In this document: positions 53,771 to 63,260 of the stretch, in pieces
Layout of the letters: every line of letters begins with the position of its first letter
How positions within the stretch are numbered: the first letter of the stretch is position 1
Virus record (IMG/VR): IMGVR_UViG_3300045988_175974
Direction: 5' to 3' (one strand)
From: a virus
DNA: 64,000 nt
Program-made: the position numbers and the translations under genes
Notes under the pieces: model-generated
Database searches by the model: none
What the model was told of the DNA's origin: nothing
What the model saw: only the letters and a program-made list of their open reading frames with translations

Positions 53771-54675
53771 TTACATGGTTTCTTCCAAAGCCTTGATATA
53801 CGGGATGGCTTCGTCCCTGATAATGTCGAGAAAGAGTTGTGCAGAACGCTTCATAGGTACATCCTTCATCCAGTGGGCATTGCTCATCAGTTCTTCTCCT
53901 ATGCCCTGGATAGGACGAGCTATAAGGGTAGGGTGATTCTTCAGATACAGCTTCGGCATAAAAGTAACCAGGTGAGTATCTTCTATGATGGCAAGGTCTT
54001 CGTCTGGGTCGCTGACGATACACTTTACGCTTAATTGGTGAGATCGTTCTGCAAATATTGCTGAAAAGTGTTGAAAACACGTTCGCCTACATCGGGCATG
54101 ATGACACCGTGCTTCAGCAGGTCATCGTATGTTACCTTATCTTTCCTGGCAAGAGGGTGTGTGTTTCGCATGATGGCGCAAATACTGAATGGGATGCAGG
54201 GCTGGCTCTCGATGCCCTCGTTGGTATAGGCTTCGTTCATCGTAAAAGCGAGATCCAGTATGTGGTCTCGCAACAGGCGGTTCAGGCTCGTTGCCTTGGA
54301 AAATTCGGCATTCACTCTTACGTTAGGGTATCGCTCCATGAATATAAGTGCAGCCATACGGATATAGGGTGCGATAAAGGAACCGACACCGATGCGCAGT
54401 TCTCCGGTCATGCAGTTGTTGAGTGCATTGATATGCTCCTTGCAGTCTTCCGTCAACTTCAGTATTTCCTTGGCACGTGGCAGAAGAGCCTCCCCGTTCT
54501 CGGTGAGCATGATGCTGTGCGATGTGCGTATCAACAGCTTGCAGCCCAGTTCATCCTCCAGAGCCTTGATGTGCTGACTGATGGCGGATTGGGTGACAAA
54601 ACATCGGGTGGCGGCGATGCTAAAAGAAAGCGTCTCTGCCACATACATAAACGAACGCAAATGTCTTAGTTCCAT
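53771..54675 (-). pseudogene. LysR-family transcriptional regulator interrupted by a single frameshift near 54031-54045.
   Basis: The N-terminal ORF (54031-54675) has the LysR HTH FSIAATRCFVTQSAISQHIKALEDELG. The frame of ORF 53771-53959 stays open upstream and overlaps the stop of the first ORF. Confidence 0.75.
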
Positions 54676-54723
54676 AATCTTCTACTCTTTTAGTTACACT
54701 ATATATATTAAAATTTTATGCTG

Positions 54724-54731
54724 CAAAAATA
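54724..54731 (-). promoter_or_regulatory. -7 box TATTTTTG upstream of the LysR gene.
   Basis: Plus strand shows CAAAAATA at 54724-54731. Confidence 0.4.
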
Positions 54732-55040
54732 AGAAAAATATTCTATGCGGAAACGCATTTTGCATAAAAAAATCTAATTATGGGATAAGATATTAAAAAA
54801 TGAAAGATATTTGCAGTTTTAAATGCGAAAAGCCCCGGTATCTTGCCTTATTTTACTAAGGATCAATACCGAGGCTTTGATTTATAGAGTGTAAATTGCC
54901 AATGGAACGCATTGGATAGGTGAGCGATTATTCATCATTCTCGCCAAGCATAGCGGTTTCATCATTGATAGATGCTACCTGCTTGCTCCGCTTAGATGAC
55001 TGCCGGGGAGCGGAATTGGTATCGCTCTTGTCAGTTCCGC

Positions 55041-55619
55041 TTACACTTCCCCCGCTGTGCCTGCACCATTGCAGAGAGAATCCCATCCACTTTCTGGTGC
55101 GGCAATCTCATAACGGCCGAAAGTTGTCGGACTGAGGGAACCGCTCAGTGTAACTACACGATCATCTTCTGGTTTTTTGCCCGTGTCTCCTTTAATATTA
55201 CCGGAGTCGTATTTGAAGTCGTGCTGCTTGTCGTAAACGATGATTGATTTATCACCGTCCTCGATGATATAACCACACTTGAGGTTATTGAGACCACGAG
55301 CCACATAAGCAGTATCGGCATTTACGCTCTCAAGAACGTAGTCCAAGGTCTGCTTGAAACCCTTCTGGAAACCGAGGTTCTCCCAGGTGTGACCCTGACC
55401 GCCATCCTGGCACTCAAACTTGTAGAGACCCTTACCTTTCTTGAAGGACGCAGCAGTCAGCGCTGCATAGGTGTTCTTACCTTTCTCTGGTGAGAGAGGA
55501 GCAGCAAGCTCACTCTTGATAAAGACATATACGTTTACGCCAAGACCGCCGAAATTTTCCAAGCAATCGTTCTCGGAAAGCAAATCCTTGATCTCTGGGC
55601 ATGTTACTGTTTCTGCCAT
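55041..55619 (-). CDS. Virion structural protein (192 aa) downstream of the capsid gene; role unknown.
   Basis: The call rests on position and beta-rich character only. Confidence 0.5.
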   Translation of the reverse strand: MAETVTCPEIKDLLSENDCLENFGGLGVNVYVFIKSELAAPLSPEKGKNTYAALTAASFKKGKGLYKFECQDGGQGHTWENLGFQKGFKQTLDYVLESVNADTAYVARGLNNLKCGYIIEDGDKSIIVYDKQHDFKYDSGNIKGDTGKKPEDDRVVTLSGSLSPTTFGRYEIAAPESGWDSLCNGAGTAGEV

Positions 55620-55728
55620 AATTGTATCTTTTTTGATGATTAAACGAAATGGCGGCGGAAGCCATATCCCGCCAGGTCAAGCGACCGCCGCCGAGGATTT
55701 ATAGAGGACTGCCTTTTTGCCTGTTGGA

Positions 55729-55747
55729 CCAGCGATGGAATCGCTGG
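55729..55747 (-). repeat. Family B hairpin, copy B4 (loop variant GGA).
   Basis: CCAGCGAT-GGA-ATCGCTGG, 22 nt downstream of the capsid gene stop. Confidence 0.85.
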
Positions 55748-55768
55748 GAACGGGGGCAGGGGAGGGGG

Positions 55769-57058
55769 TTAACCCTTCTTGAAGAAGGCGGTGATACCCA
55801 TGCTCATACCGGTGGCGGCGAACTGAATCTTCTTCTCCTTGCTGCCAGTGCTCCAGTGAGAGAATACATCGGTAGTGCCCTCTGCCTCCAGGGTAATAAC
55901 CTGGTTAGGAGTTGTGCCTACTGGCTTAGTGTACTCTACGCCGTTTACCTTCACCTTACCATCGGTAACAGGAGAAGCATCCTCCATTGCGGTTGTTACA
56001 ACAAGGTTAGAATTGGTGTAATCACCAGCTACGTACTCTGCTGTTGCAAGGTTGCCGTCTGACATCGCAAAGGCGTATTTGAACGGATTGCGGATACCTG
56101 CGCCCTGAATTGACTGAATCTGGAACTGGATGTCGCGCATATCGTCATCGGTACCCACCTTAACGCCTACGTAAGTCTTGTTACCCTCAGAGTCAACTGC
56201 ATAGACGAAGTTCTTAGGGATGGTAACGTACATACGATCACCCTCACCGAAATCTGCGATAGGGCAGAGTGTTACACGAGAGAGACCTGGAAGCTTGAAG
56301 TTACCGCCGTCCTCGTACTCAACCTTGAAGTTGCCGTGGAACTTGTTAGCGTAACCTGCAGCGATGTACTGAGCTGTCAACTCGCTCATGTAAACGAGAA
56401 CGTTCTGCTTGCGCAGACGGGCATCCCACTTCAGGTGCCATGCCAGGAAGTTGTCGTATGGAGTAGAGTCGTTGTTGTCAGAAGGCTCTGCGATTGACTC
56501 GCAAGGAATCAAGTTGCCATTAGCCTCGCTGATAAGACCATCCTCGATGTCATGCTTGACACAGGTATGGAAACCGTCATACAACGCCATAGCCTGCTGT
56601 GAAGCTGGAGTGCTCTCATCACCCTTGTCAAGACTGATGTCACCATTCCACAAACAAGCGGTAAGGTTATCGGCATAGTTGGCAAGGATAGCAGTAGCAG
56701 CCTCGGTAGCGAGAGGGTACTGACCCTGAGCGTCTGTACCGAATACCGTTTCGCAGTACTTATCGATGTTATCAGTGTAATGATCCCAGGCGAGCTTAAC
56801 TGTGATTGTACGTTCTTTCAGGAATCCTACCTCGCTGTTCACCTTAGTGTGAACGTCCTTACGGCGGGTGGTACCACCCTTGCGGAGCAGAATATGGATG
56901 GTGCGCTTATACTGAACACCGGAAACGATGTCGATACCCAAGCGGTCCATCTCCTCTGCATCGGTGTAACCTGGACCCATGAGGATTTCCTTAGTTACCT
57001 GCTCGGCTACGTGCTGCAAGGCAGTAGTGCCGATAAAATCTTTAGGAAGTGTTGCCAT
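55769..57058 (-). CDS. Major capsid protein candidate (429 aa, HK97-fold expected).
   Basis: It lies immediately downstream of the protease/scaffold gene and has a typical size. No motif-level proof. Confidence 0.6.
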   Translation of the reverse strand: MATLPKDFIGTTALQHVAEQVTKEILMGPGYTDAEEMDRLGIDIVSGVQYKRTIHILLRKGGTTRRKDVHTKVNSEVGFLKERTITVKLAWDHYTDNIDKYCETVFGTDAQGQYPLATEAATAILANYADNLTACLWNGDISLDKGDESTPASQQAMALYDGFHTCVKHDIEDGLISEANGNLIPCESIAEPSDNNDSTPYDNFLAWHLKWDARLRKQNVLVYMSELTAQYIAAGYANKFHGNFKVEYEDGGNFKLPGLSRVTLCPIADFGEGDRMYVTIPKNFVYAVDSEGNKTYVGVKVGTDDDMRDIQFQIQSIQGAGIRNPFKYAFAMSDGNLATAEYVAGDYTNSNLVVTTAMEDASPVTDGKVKVNGVEYTKPVGTTPNQVITLEAEGTTDVFSHWSTGSKEKKIQFAATGMSMGITAFFKKG

Positions 57059-57135
57059 AATTTCAAATAATAATTAAAAAAATGAATAAGAATGTTTTAA
57101 CCTGAATACTTAGTGTTATCCTGATGCTGGAGGGG

Positions 57136-58689
57136 TTACTCCTCGCCTCGCTTGAAACGCTCGAAAGCTGCCTTGCGCTCTGCATTGGTCTTATACTTCG
57201 ATGGGTCAAACTCACGGAGGTTCTGAGCCTTTGCACCCTCACCGTTGTTCTGAGGTGCTGCGCCCTGTGCTGGCTCCTCACCTGGGTTCTCGTTCAACTC
57301 AGCAATCTGAGCGTCCTTGTCGGCGATGGTCTGCTGGGCAGTAGCGAGTGAAGCCTGGGCAGTCTTCAACTCCTCATCTACCTTAGCCTTCTCCTCATCA
57401 GCCTTTGCCTTAGCGTCGTTGAGGGCTTTGATGTCCTCATCTGCCTTAGCCTTTGCCTCTTTCAGATTCTTGATTTCCTCGTCCTTCTGGGCGATGGTCT
57501 CAGCGAGTGCGTCGTGCTTTGCCTGAAGGTCGGCAAGACTCTGCTCTGCTGTGGTGGCTTTCTGCTTTGCATCAGCCACAACCTGCTCCTGCGATGCGAG
57601 ATGAGCTTCGAGGGTGTCGAGCAATGGGGCATTCATGAATGCGCCTTCCTCCTTCACCTCAATCTGCTGACCATCCTGCATACCGCAAGCGGCATTGATC
57701 TTTGGATAATTTGCCATATTGATTTGATTTTTGGTGTTTGTATGTTGATGATTTTCTTGTGTGCGCTTGATAGGCTCGGCTGCGCCGTTGTAAAGGTCGA
57801 AGCAACGCTTTACGCAAGAGAAGAAATCACTCTGATCATCCATCAGGATTCCCTTCACTTCCTCGGCATCGAATACCTTACCATGAAGGTGCTCATCCTT
57901 TGCAGCAGGACAGGCTTTCTTGATGTCAGCTCTGAACTCCACGCCTAACTCGGCAAGTTCTTTTACCAGCTTCTCGCTATCGCCATCATTGGCAATGTCA
58001 CGGAACTCTCGGTTCTTATCGAAACTCTCAGGGTCGTAAAGCTCGTGATAAGTTTCATCGGTAAACTGATTTTTGCTACCATCGGCCTGCGTATAGAAGG
58101 ATGCCATCACACCGATACAACCGATTTCGTCCTTCGGGTGCATGTAGTAACGCTCATCGCAGAGAGATGCGAGATACATACCTGCCGATGCACACATGCC
58201 ATCGATGAAGGCGATGACTGACTGACCCTGCGAACGGGCATAATTGATAGCCTGCTCATAATCGTTCTTTGCCCAAGCGGAACCTCCAGGAGTGTTGATA
58301 ATGAAGATGTGACCTCGACAGAGGGGATGATTGGCCGCATTGATCATCATGTTGCGATGGTCGATAGAACCATATGAGCAACCGCCACCATTTCGGGTGA
58401 TAGGACCATCGACGGTGAGCACAGAAACAAACGGGAAGGTCTGCTCGTTCTCATCCTCCAATGCCCACTGACCTCTCACTTTCTTTCCATCCTCGGAAAT
58501 CTGATATTCCTCCGGGTAATAGATGGAGCCATCGGCTGCCTTCACGGTTACGAAGCCGCAAGTAGGTGCTGGGCGTTCATATACGGCATGCGCATTCAAA
58601 TTCTGCTCCAATGCCTTTCTAATTCCGTGAACAAAGTCAGGCGAAATCATCCACTTCTTTTCGGTCAGAATTTCATAAAGACCTTTCAT
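57136..58689 (-). CDS. S49 (SppA/ClpP-like) prohead protease fused to a coiled-coil scaffold-like C-terminal half.
   Basis: IFIINTPGGSAWAKNDYEQAINYARSQGQSVIAFIDGMCASAGMYLASLCD matches the S49 serine protease core. The C-terminal 170 aa are A/E/K/Q coiled coil. Confidence 0.8.
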   Translation of the reverse strand: MKGLYEILTEKKWMISPDFVHGIRKALEQNLNAHAVYERPAPTCGFVTVKAADGSIYYPEEYQISEDGKKVRGQWALEDENEQTFPFVSVLTVDGPITRNGGGCSYGSIDHRNMMINAANHPLCRGHIFIINTPGGSAWAKNDYEQAINYARSQGQSVIAFIDGMCASAGMYLASLCDERYYMHPKDEIGCIGVMASFYTQADGSKNQFTDETYHELYDPESFDKNREFRDIANDGDSEKLVKELAELGVEFRADIKKACPAAKDEHLHGKVFDAEEVKGILMDDQSDFFSCVKRCFDLYNGAAEPIKRTQENHQHTNTKNQINMANYPKINAACGMQDGQQIEVKEEGAFMNAPLLDTLEAHLASQEQVVADAKQKATTAEQSLADLQAKHDALAETIAQKDEEIKNLKEAKAKADEDIKALNDAKAKADEEKAKVDEELKTAQASLATAQQTIADKDAQIAELNENPGEEPAQGAAPQNNGEGAKAQNLREFDPSKYKTNAERKAAFERFKRGEE

Positions 58690-58793
58690 TGTGGGTAATA
58701 GAATTTTAAAAATTAATGTATGTTATCGTTATCCTGAAAACAAATCTCCTTACCTTGTTATTATGCTAGAAGACTATTGATATTTTCTGAGGG

Positions 58794-58830
58794 CAAAGGT
58801 AATGGAAATGCGTGGGCGTATAGGGACAAA
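58794..58830 (-). promoter_or_regulatory. Promoter: TTTGTCCC, N21 spacer, TACCTTTGCCC.
   Basis: Plus strand shows CAAAGGTA at 58794-58801 and GGGACAAA at 58823-58830. Confidence 0.55.
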
Positions 58831-58871
58831 ATAAGCCTATATGCCGAAATAGCTATGATTTAGGGGAAAAT

Positions 58872-58904
58872 AAAAACCCTGCGATCCTCACGGACGGCAG
58901 GGCT
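58872..58904 (-). terminator. Intrinsic terminator after the 162-aa gene.
   Basis: CCCTGC (58877-58882) pairs with GCAGGG (58897-58902), followed by TTTTTATTTT in the minus sense. The stem-loop is nearly the reverse complement of the 20307-20346 hairpin. Confidence 0.65.
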
Positions 58905-58993
58905 GAAACTCAAATCTAATTTAACATTATTATGAATATAAGTTTTTTTAAAAAAACTAGAAGATAATTAGATACTGATTTTTCTGTAACTAA

Positions 58994-59482
58994 TTAAGAA
59001 ATCGTTATCGGAATAAACTCCGACATCGCCTGACAGATAGCCGTAATACTACGGGTCTCAGCATCGTTCTGACTGGTTACGGAATCGGTGATACCGAAGG
59101 TGCCAGGCAGCGTATGGCACAGATAAAGCGAGTCATCCTGCTTGCGCAAGACTATATAATAGTCCTTTCCGTGCATATTCTTGATGATTTCGGGTATATT
59201 CCCCTTTCCGTCACGGATATTGGCGGTAATCTCGAACTTGAAGACGGTACCGTTGCCACCTTCCTGGGAAGTCTGCTTGGCGGTGATGGCATCTGCCACC
59301 ACGTAATTATCGCCTTCGCTGGTGGCAATATGGAGTGCTTCGCCGGCAAACCTGCAGCCATTCATCTGCAACACCCGCTGCACAATGAACGGGATAGGAA
59401 GGGAACTTTCCCTTGCAGCATAAAAATAAGCATCGGTTACTCCATCAAGAAATAACTCTCTGCAACTATTTGCTTTTTTCAT
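58994..59482 (-). CDS. Hypothetical protein (162 aa).
   Basis: ATG-initiated ORF followed by a terminator. Confidence 0.55.
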   Translation of the reverse strand: MKKANSCRELFLDGVTDAYFYAARESSLPIPFIVQRVLQMNGCRFAGEALHIATSEGDNYVVADAITAKQTSQEGGNGTVFKFEITANIRDGKGNIPEIIKNMHGKDYYIVLRKQDDSLYLCHTLPGTFGITDSVTSQNDAETRSITAICQAMSEFIPITIS

Positions 59483-59556
59483 ATCTTTTCCTTGATTTAT
59501 CTATTATTTAACGTTTATTATATTATGAATTAACACCTATTATATAAGGTGTAAAA

Positions 59557-60288
59557 TCATAGCCACTGCACTTCATCGATGCGATTGGGCTTATCACGGC
59601 TATCTTTATACTGCATATCCACACAGGAATAGCTCTTGAAGAAGCAGTGCTCCGTGCGGAACCATCTGCCGATGATGCGGCGCAATACGTCTTTCTCTTC
59701 CTCGCTGGCTTCTATACCATATCGCATTAAGTACCGCTCCAGCATGGCATTATGGGAGCGGGCGATAACCCTGCCTTTGGACGTACAAAAGTCGAAGGTG
59801 GATAGCGACCATTCTACGAGGCTGCGCTTGAAATCGTTGTTGAGTGAGACCGCCAGCGCACGCATTCCGTTCATATCGAGTGTAAAGGTAGGCTTTACGG
59901 AATAAACGGTATCGACAATCTCTACTTCGCTGGGTAAGCGGATGCAGAGGTAATCATCATTGGCTCCCTTGCCGTCGGTCAGGCGACCGTTGAGCTGCTG
60001 AACCTCTCGGAAGGTGAGCCAGCTTCCGGCATCACGGCGCATCATCACCTTGCCTCCGGCAGGGTGCCTGCCCGTGAGCATATTGCACCATTGCTGCTGG
60101 GAGAAACAGCCGAGGTCGATACGGCTGCTGCGGGCTGGGGCATTGATGAGGGAGTTGCGCATGATGAAGTGCTCGTGCGAGTAGTTACTGAACACTACCG
60201 GCTCATCCTTTGCCAGGGTGAGCTTGGGATCGCGGTGCCGGAAGAACTGGCAGCGGGAGGTGGGGAGACGGAGATAGATATTTGGCAT
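59557..60288 (-). CDS. Hypothetical protein (243 aa).
   Basis: ATG-initiated ORF co-oriented with its neighbours. Confidence 0.55.
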   Translation of the reverse strand: MPNIYLRLPTSRCQFFRHRDPKLTLAKDEPVVFSNYSHEHFIMRNSLINAPARSSRIDLGCFSQQQWCNMLTGRHPAGGKVMMRRDAGSWLTFREVQQLNGRLTDGKGANDDYLCIRLPSEVEIVDTVYSVKPTFTLDMNGMRALAVSLNNDFKRSLVEWSLSTFDFCTSKGRVIARSHNAMLERYLMRYGIEASEEEKDVLRRIIGRWFRTEHCFFKSYSCVDMQYKDSRDKPNRIDEVQWL

Positions 60289-60294
60289 TTTTTA

Positions 60295-61269
60295 CTATTT
60301 TAGAGCGATGCCTTTCTGCTGGGCATAGTAGAGCATGATGGCATCGGTGATGTAGAGAAAGTATTTCTGCATGCTGTTGCCTTCCTTCGGGCGTGGTACC
60401 AGCTTGTCGAGCTTGGCAGTCTGCTCCTCGCTGAGATTAGGGATGAGCTTCATACCGTCGATATAGCAGCCACCTGATTCCGTCTTGGCGATGAAGCTCT
60501 CATTGAACTTCTTGTCTTCTCCGAAGAAGAGGTTGATGGCTTCTATCATCTGATCCTGGGTGAAGCCAGGGAGTTGAGGGTGCAGCTTACGATGCTTGGC
60601 CGAATAGGTCTTCATACGCTTATCCACATAGGCATTGATGCTATCGGCATACTCGCAGTAGAGGTCATTATCCTTACTGTCGATGTCCTTGGTTCTTGCG
60701 AAATTGAAGAACCCCTGCATCTGCTTCAATACCTGCAGAACTCCGTCAAACTGGTTGAACTCGACACTGCCATTAAAGATGATTTTCATATATGACTTCA
60801 CATCTACCACGATACTCTCCAGGGTATCTGTGAGGAAAGTAACCTTATCGAGATTAAGGGCTAGTTGGTCAACTGTCTCCTGCATGCCAGGCTTGCTGTA
60901 ATCTACGTAATAGCGGAGCAACTGACCGAAGTTGAGGAAATCGTAGCTTTCATCACTTCGCACATTTACCTGCACGAGCAGGGAGTACATATTCATTGCC
61001 AGCTTCTTATCCTTCTCCTGGATGGCACGGATGAGCGAAGCCATCTGAGGTGAGTTCTGCGGAACGCGGCTGGCTGCACGGACCAGTTCGTTGCGGTTGC
61101 GCACGGCTTCTGCGAAATCAGGATTGGAGAAAAGACGGTCCAGGGCAGAGGCATATTTCTCTGACGGAACATCCTTGAAGTTGAAAGTATAGATGGTCGG
61201 CAGATTTCTGATCTGCTGCTCACGCTGGGCCAATGCCTGCTGCTGTTGTTTTTTGTTTTTTGTTCCCAT
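60295..61269 (-). CDS. Hypothetical protein (324 aa).
   Basis: ATG-initiated ORF co-oriented with its neighbours. Confidence 0.55.
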   Translation of the reverse strand: MGTKNKKQQQQALAQREQQIRNLPTIYTFNFKDVPSEKYASALDRLFSNPDFAEAVRNRNELVRAASRVPQNSPQMASLIRAIQEKDKKLAMNMYSLLVQVNVRSDESYDFLNFGQLLRYYVDYSKPGMQETVDQLALNLDKVTFLTDTLESIVVDVKSYMKIIFNGSVEFNQFDGVLQVLKQMQGFFNFARTKDIDSKDNDLYCEYADSINAYVDKRMKTYSAKHRKLHPQLPGFTQDQMIEAINLFFGEDKKFNESFIAKTESGGCYIDGMKLIPNLSEEQTAKLDKLVPRPKEGNSMQKYFLYITDAIMLYYAQQKGIALK

Positions 61270-61320
61270 TGCGTTTTATTGCTTTTTTACTCTATTAATC
61301 ATAATCTCCCTTAACGGAGA

Positions 61321-61527
61321 TTATTTACTGCTATAATTCTGAAAGCCTTTCAGCCATGATACGGGTGCGGGATTGATGCACGGGAAAGACGTGTTCACGT
61401 TATAGAGCATAGCGTGAAACTCGTCTATCTCTTCGGCTGTAAAAGGGCAATCTTTATGAATGCGACGTGGCATAGACTGATTGCTTACTTTTTTATTTGT
61501 TATTAAATGCCTCCATTCTTTCATCAA
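61321..61527 (-). CDS. Hypothetical protein (68 aa).
   Basis: ORF that overlaps the 3' end of the ThyX-like gene by 35 nt. Confidence 0.4.
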   Translation of the reverse strand: MMKEWRHLITNKKVSNQSMPRRIHKDCPFTAEEIDEFHAMLYNVNTSFPCINPAPVSWLKGFQNYSSK

Positions 61528-62380
61528 TGATGCGGTTGATCTCGAAGGCTACCTCTTTGGCATTAGGATGCGCCTTGCCGGTGGTTTCTCTGAAGCGGAG
61601 GTCGAGGATATGCTGCCACTCGGTGATGGTGTAGGTGTAAGCTACTACCGTATAGGTATCAAGAGGAAGAATGCCTCTTGCATCCTGTGGCTTCATGCCC
61701 GATTTCAGCAATCGACGATAGAGCCAGTCGGCAATCTTGCAGCCGGTGAGATAGAGGAACTTCTGCCAGCGGGTGCCCTCGTGCAACCAGTGCGGACGGG
61801 CAATCTGCACGCCACCTTTCTTCTCAAGGTTCACATAGCGAGTGCTCTGCTCACTGATGCTGTTAGGCGATGTGCGGTTCAACTCACGGCTGGTGCTGAT
61901 CTGCGTAGTCACCACCAGCGTCATTCGGAGGAGATTGAGTGCTTCCTTGAAATCATATTTCAGCGCCTTCTCAATAAACTCGGCTTCCTTCACATTGAAT
62001 GGGGATAGCATTTCGAATATATTGCCGTGCTCGCAAAGGAACTGCATGTTACTGCTGATCCATACCTTCTTTTCCTGCACTGCATAACTGATGTAAGGCG
62101 ATGCAACGAGGAAAGACCAGAGGTGTTTTGGCAGCCTACTATCGTTCTTCACGAAGAAGTAAAGGGTGCCATGTCGGTACATGGAGCGGTGACCGCTCTC
62201 CCAGAATCGGTTGGCCAACTGCACTGCCTGTTTCTCCAGAAAATCTTCTTTCTTGTCTTCAGGAAGATTCTCGTCAGGCTGCTTACCTTTGCTCTTGTAG
62301 CAAACTCTGCCTACTCGAGCAATCTGTTGAGCGGCGGTCTTCTGAGGCCACCACTCAACACCAGGAATTATCATTTTCAT
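61493..62380 (-). CDS. thyX: ThyX-like (flavin-dependent thymidylate synthase family) protein with a divergent signature motif.
   Basis: The segment RELNRTSPNSISEQSTRYV aligns to the ThyX signature RHRxxSxxxxSxRY, with RHR replaced by RTS. GHRSMYRHG and DARGILPL segments are also present. Confidence 0.6.
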   Translation of the reverse strand: MKMIIPGVEWWPQKTAAQQIARVGRVCYKSKGKQPDENLPEDKKEDFLEKQAVQLANRFWESGHRSMYRHGTLYFFVKNDSRLPKHLWSFLVASPYISYAVQEKKVWISSNMQFLCEHGNIFEMLSPFNVKEAEFIEKALKYDFKEALNLLRMTLVVTTQISTSRELNRTSPNSISEQSTRYVNLEKKGGVQIARPHWLHEGTRWQKFLYLTGCKIADWLYRRLLKSGMKPQDARGILPLDTYTVVAYTYTITEWQHILDLRFRETTGKAHPNAKEVAFEINRIIDERMEAFNNK

Positions 62381-62427
62381 ATTGTTTCTTTATTTGATGT
62401 TTAAAAAACAAAAACAGATAGTTTCTT

Positions 62428-63039
62428 TTAATAGAAGGCGCTAAGAACGCGGATCATGTTTTCTGCTGCCACCCCTCCTTTTTTAAGTTTCTCTTCCGCC
62501 TCTGCTGCCAACTTCTTCGATGGTTCGCCGTTGGAAGGTTGGATGCACCTTACTACATTCAGCGTAGTAGTCAGCAAGCGATAGAGTGATGAATTATTGC
62601 TGATAACGTAATCGAAGGAGTTAATATCCAGCGATACACGATATTCGTCACGGTTGGTTCTTTCAGGAGCGATGCCGCGAGCCTTCAGCGTTTCAGGCTT
62701 GGCTGCCACATAAATACTCATCAGTTCAATATCCGGAAAATGCTCACAGATGCCCAGGAATCCTTTTTCATCAATCACGTAGATGGCGGTATCTTCCACC
62801 TGGGCGAGTTCCGTCCAATATTCGTAGCCACCATATTCGGTGTAGGCAAGCATATCCTCCTTTGGAGTCTTACACTCCTTCACGAAAAAATGCTCCCTAC
62901 CATTTACCTCATCATCTCTCATGGGACGGGTGGTGAAGGAACAAAGCAACGGGATATTCAGGGCGATGGAAAGGATATTTGCCACCGTATCTTTTCCTGC
63001 TCCAGATGGACCCATAATTGCAATAATCTTTTGTTTCAT
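62428..63039 (-). CDS. Guanylate-kinase-like nucleoside monophosphate kinase (203 aa).
   Basis: P-loop IMGPSGAGKDT and the segment FTTRPMRDDEVNGREHFFV are typical of the Gmk family. Confidence 0.7.
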   Translation of the reverse strand: MKQKIIAIMGPSGAGKDTVANILSIALNIPLLCSFTTRPMRDDEVNGREHFFVKECKTPKEDMLAYTEYGGYEYWTELAQVEDTAIYVIDEKGFLGICEHFPDIELMSIYVAAKPETLKARGIAPERTNRDEYRVSLDINSFDYVISNNSSLYRLLTTTLNVVRCIQPSNGEPSKKLAAEAEEKLKKGGVAAENMIRVLSAFY

Positions 63040-63101
63040 ATCTTTTATTTTGTAATATTATTTATATAATATATAAGGAATAGGTAAAGGACACTGGGGG
63101 G

Positions 63102-63167
63102 ACTCGGGAGAATCTTTGGAGAATTTGCGAGGAATCTCCGAAGAACCTCCGAAGAATTTCCAAAGTG
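63102..63167. repeat. Six 11-bp units (two perfect: TCTCCGAAGAA and CCTCCGAAGAA) forming the reverse complement of the 20039-20082 array.
   Basis: Perfect units at 63135-63145 and 63146-63156, with degenerate units on both sides in 11-bp phase. Confidence 0.75.
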
Positions 63168-63260
63168 TCTAACTATTGATTATCAGCCACTTACGAAACT
63201 CCATTTTTCTAAAACTTTCACTACTCAAACGAAGCTTTTGTGTTCCTTTGTAATTTTATT

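Noticed and set aside
53595-54080. 161-aa minus-strand ORF spanning the LysR 3' region.
   Set aside because: It is out of frame with, and overlaps, the recognisable LysR C-terminal segment (53771-53959) and the intergenic AGTACA-repeat region. Its composition is not protein-like.
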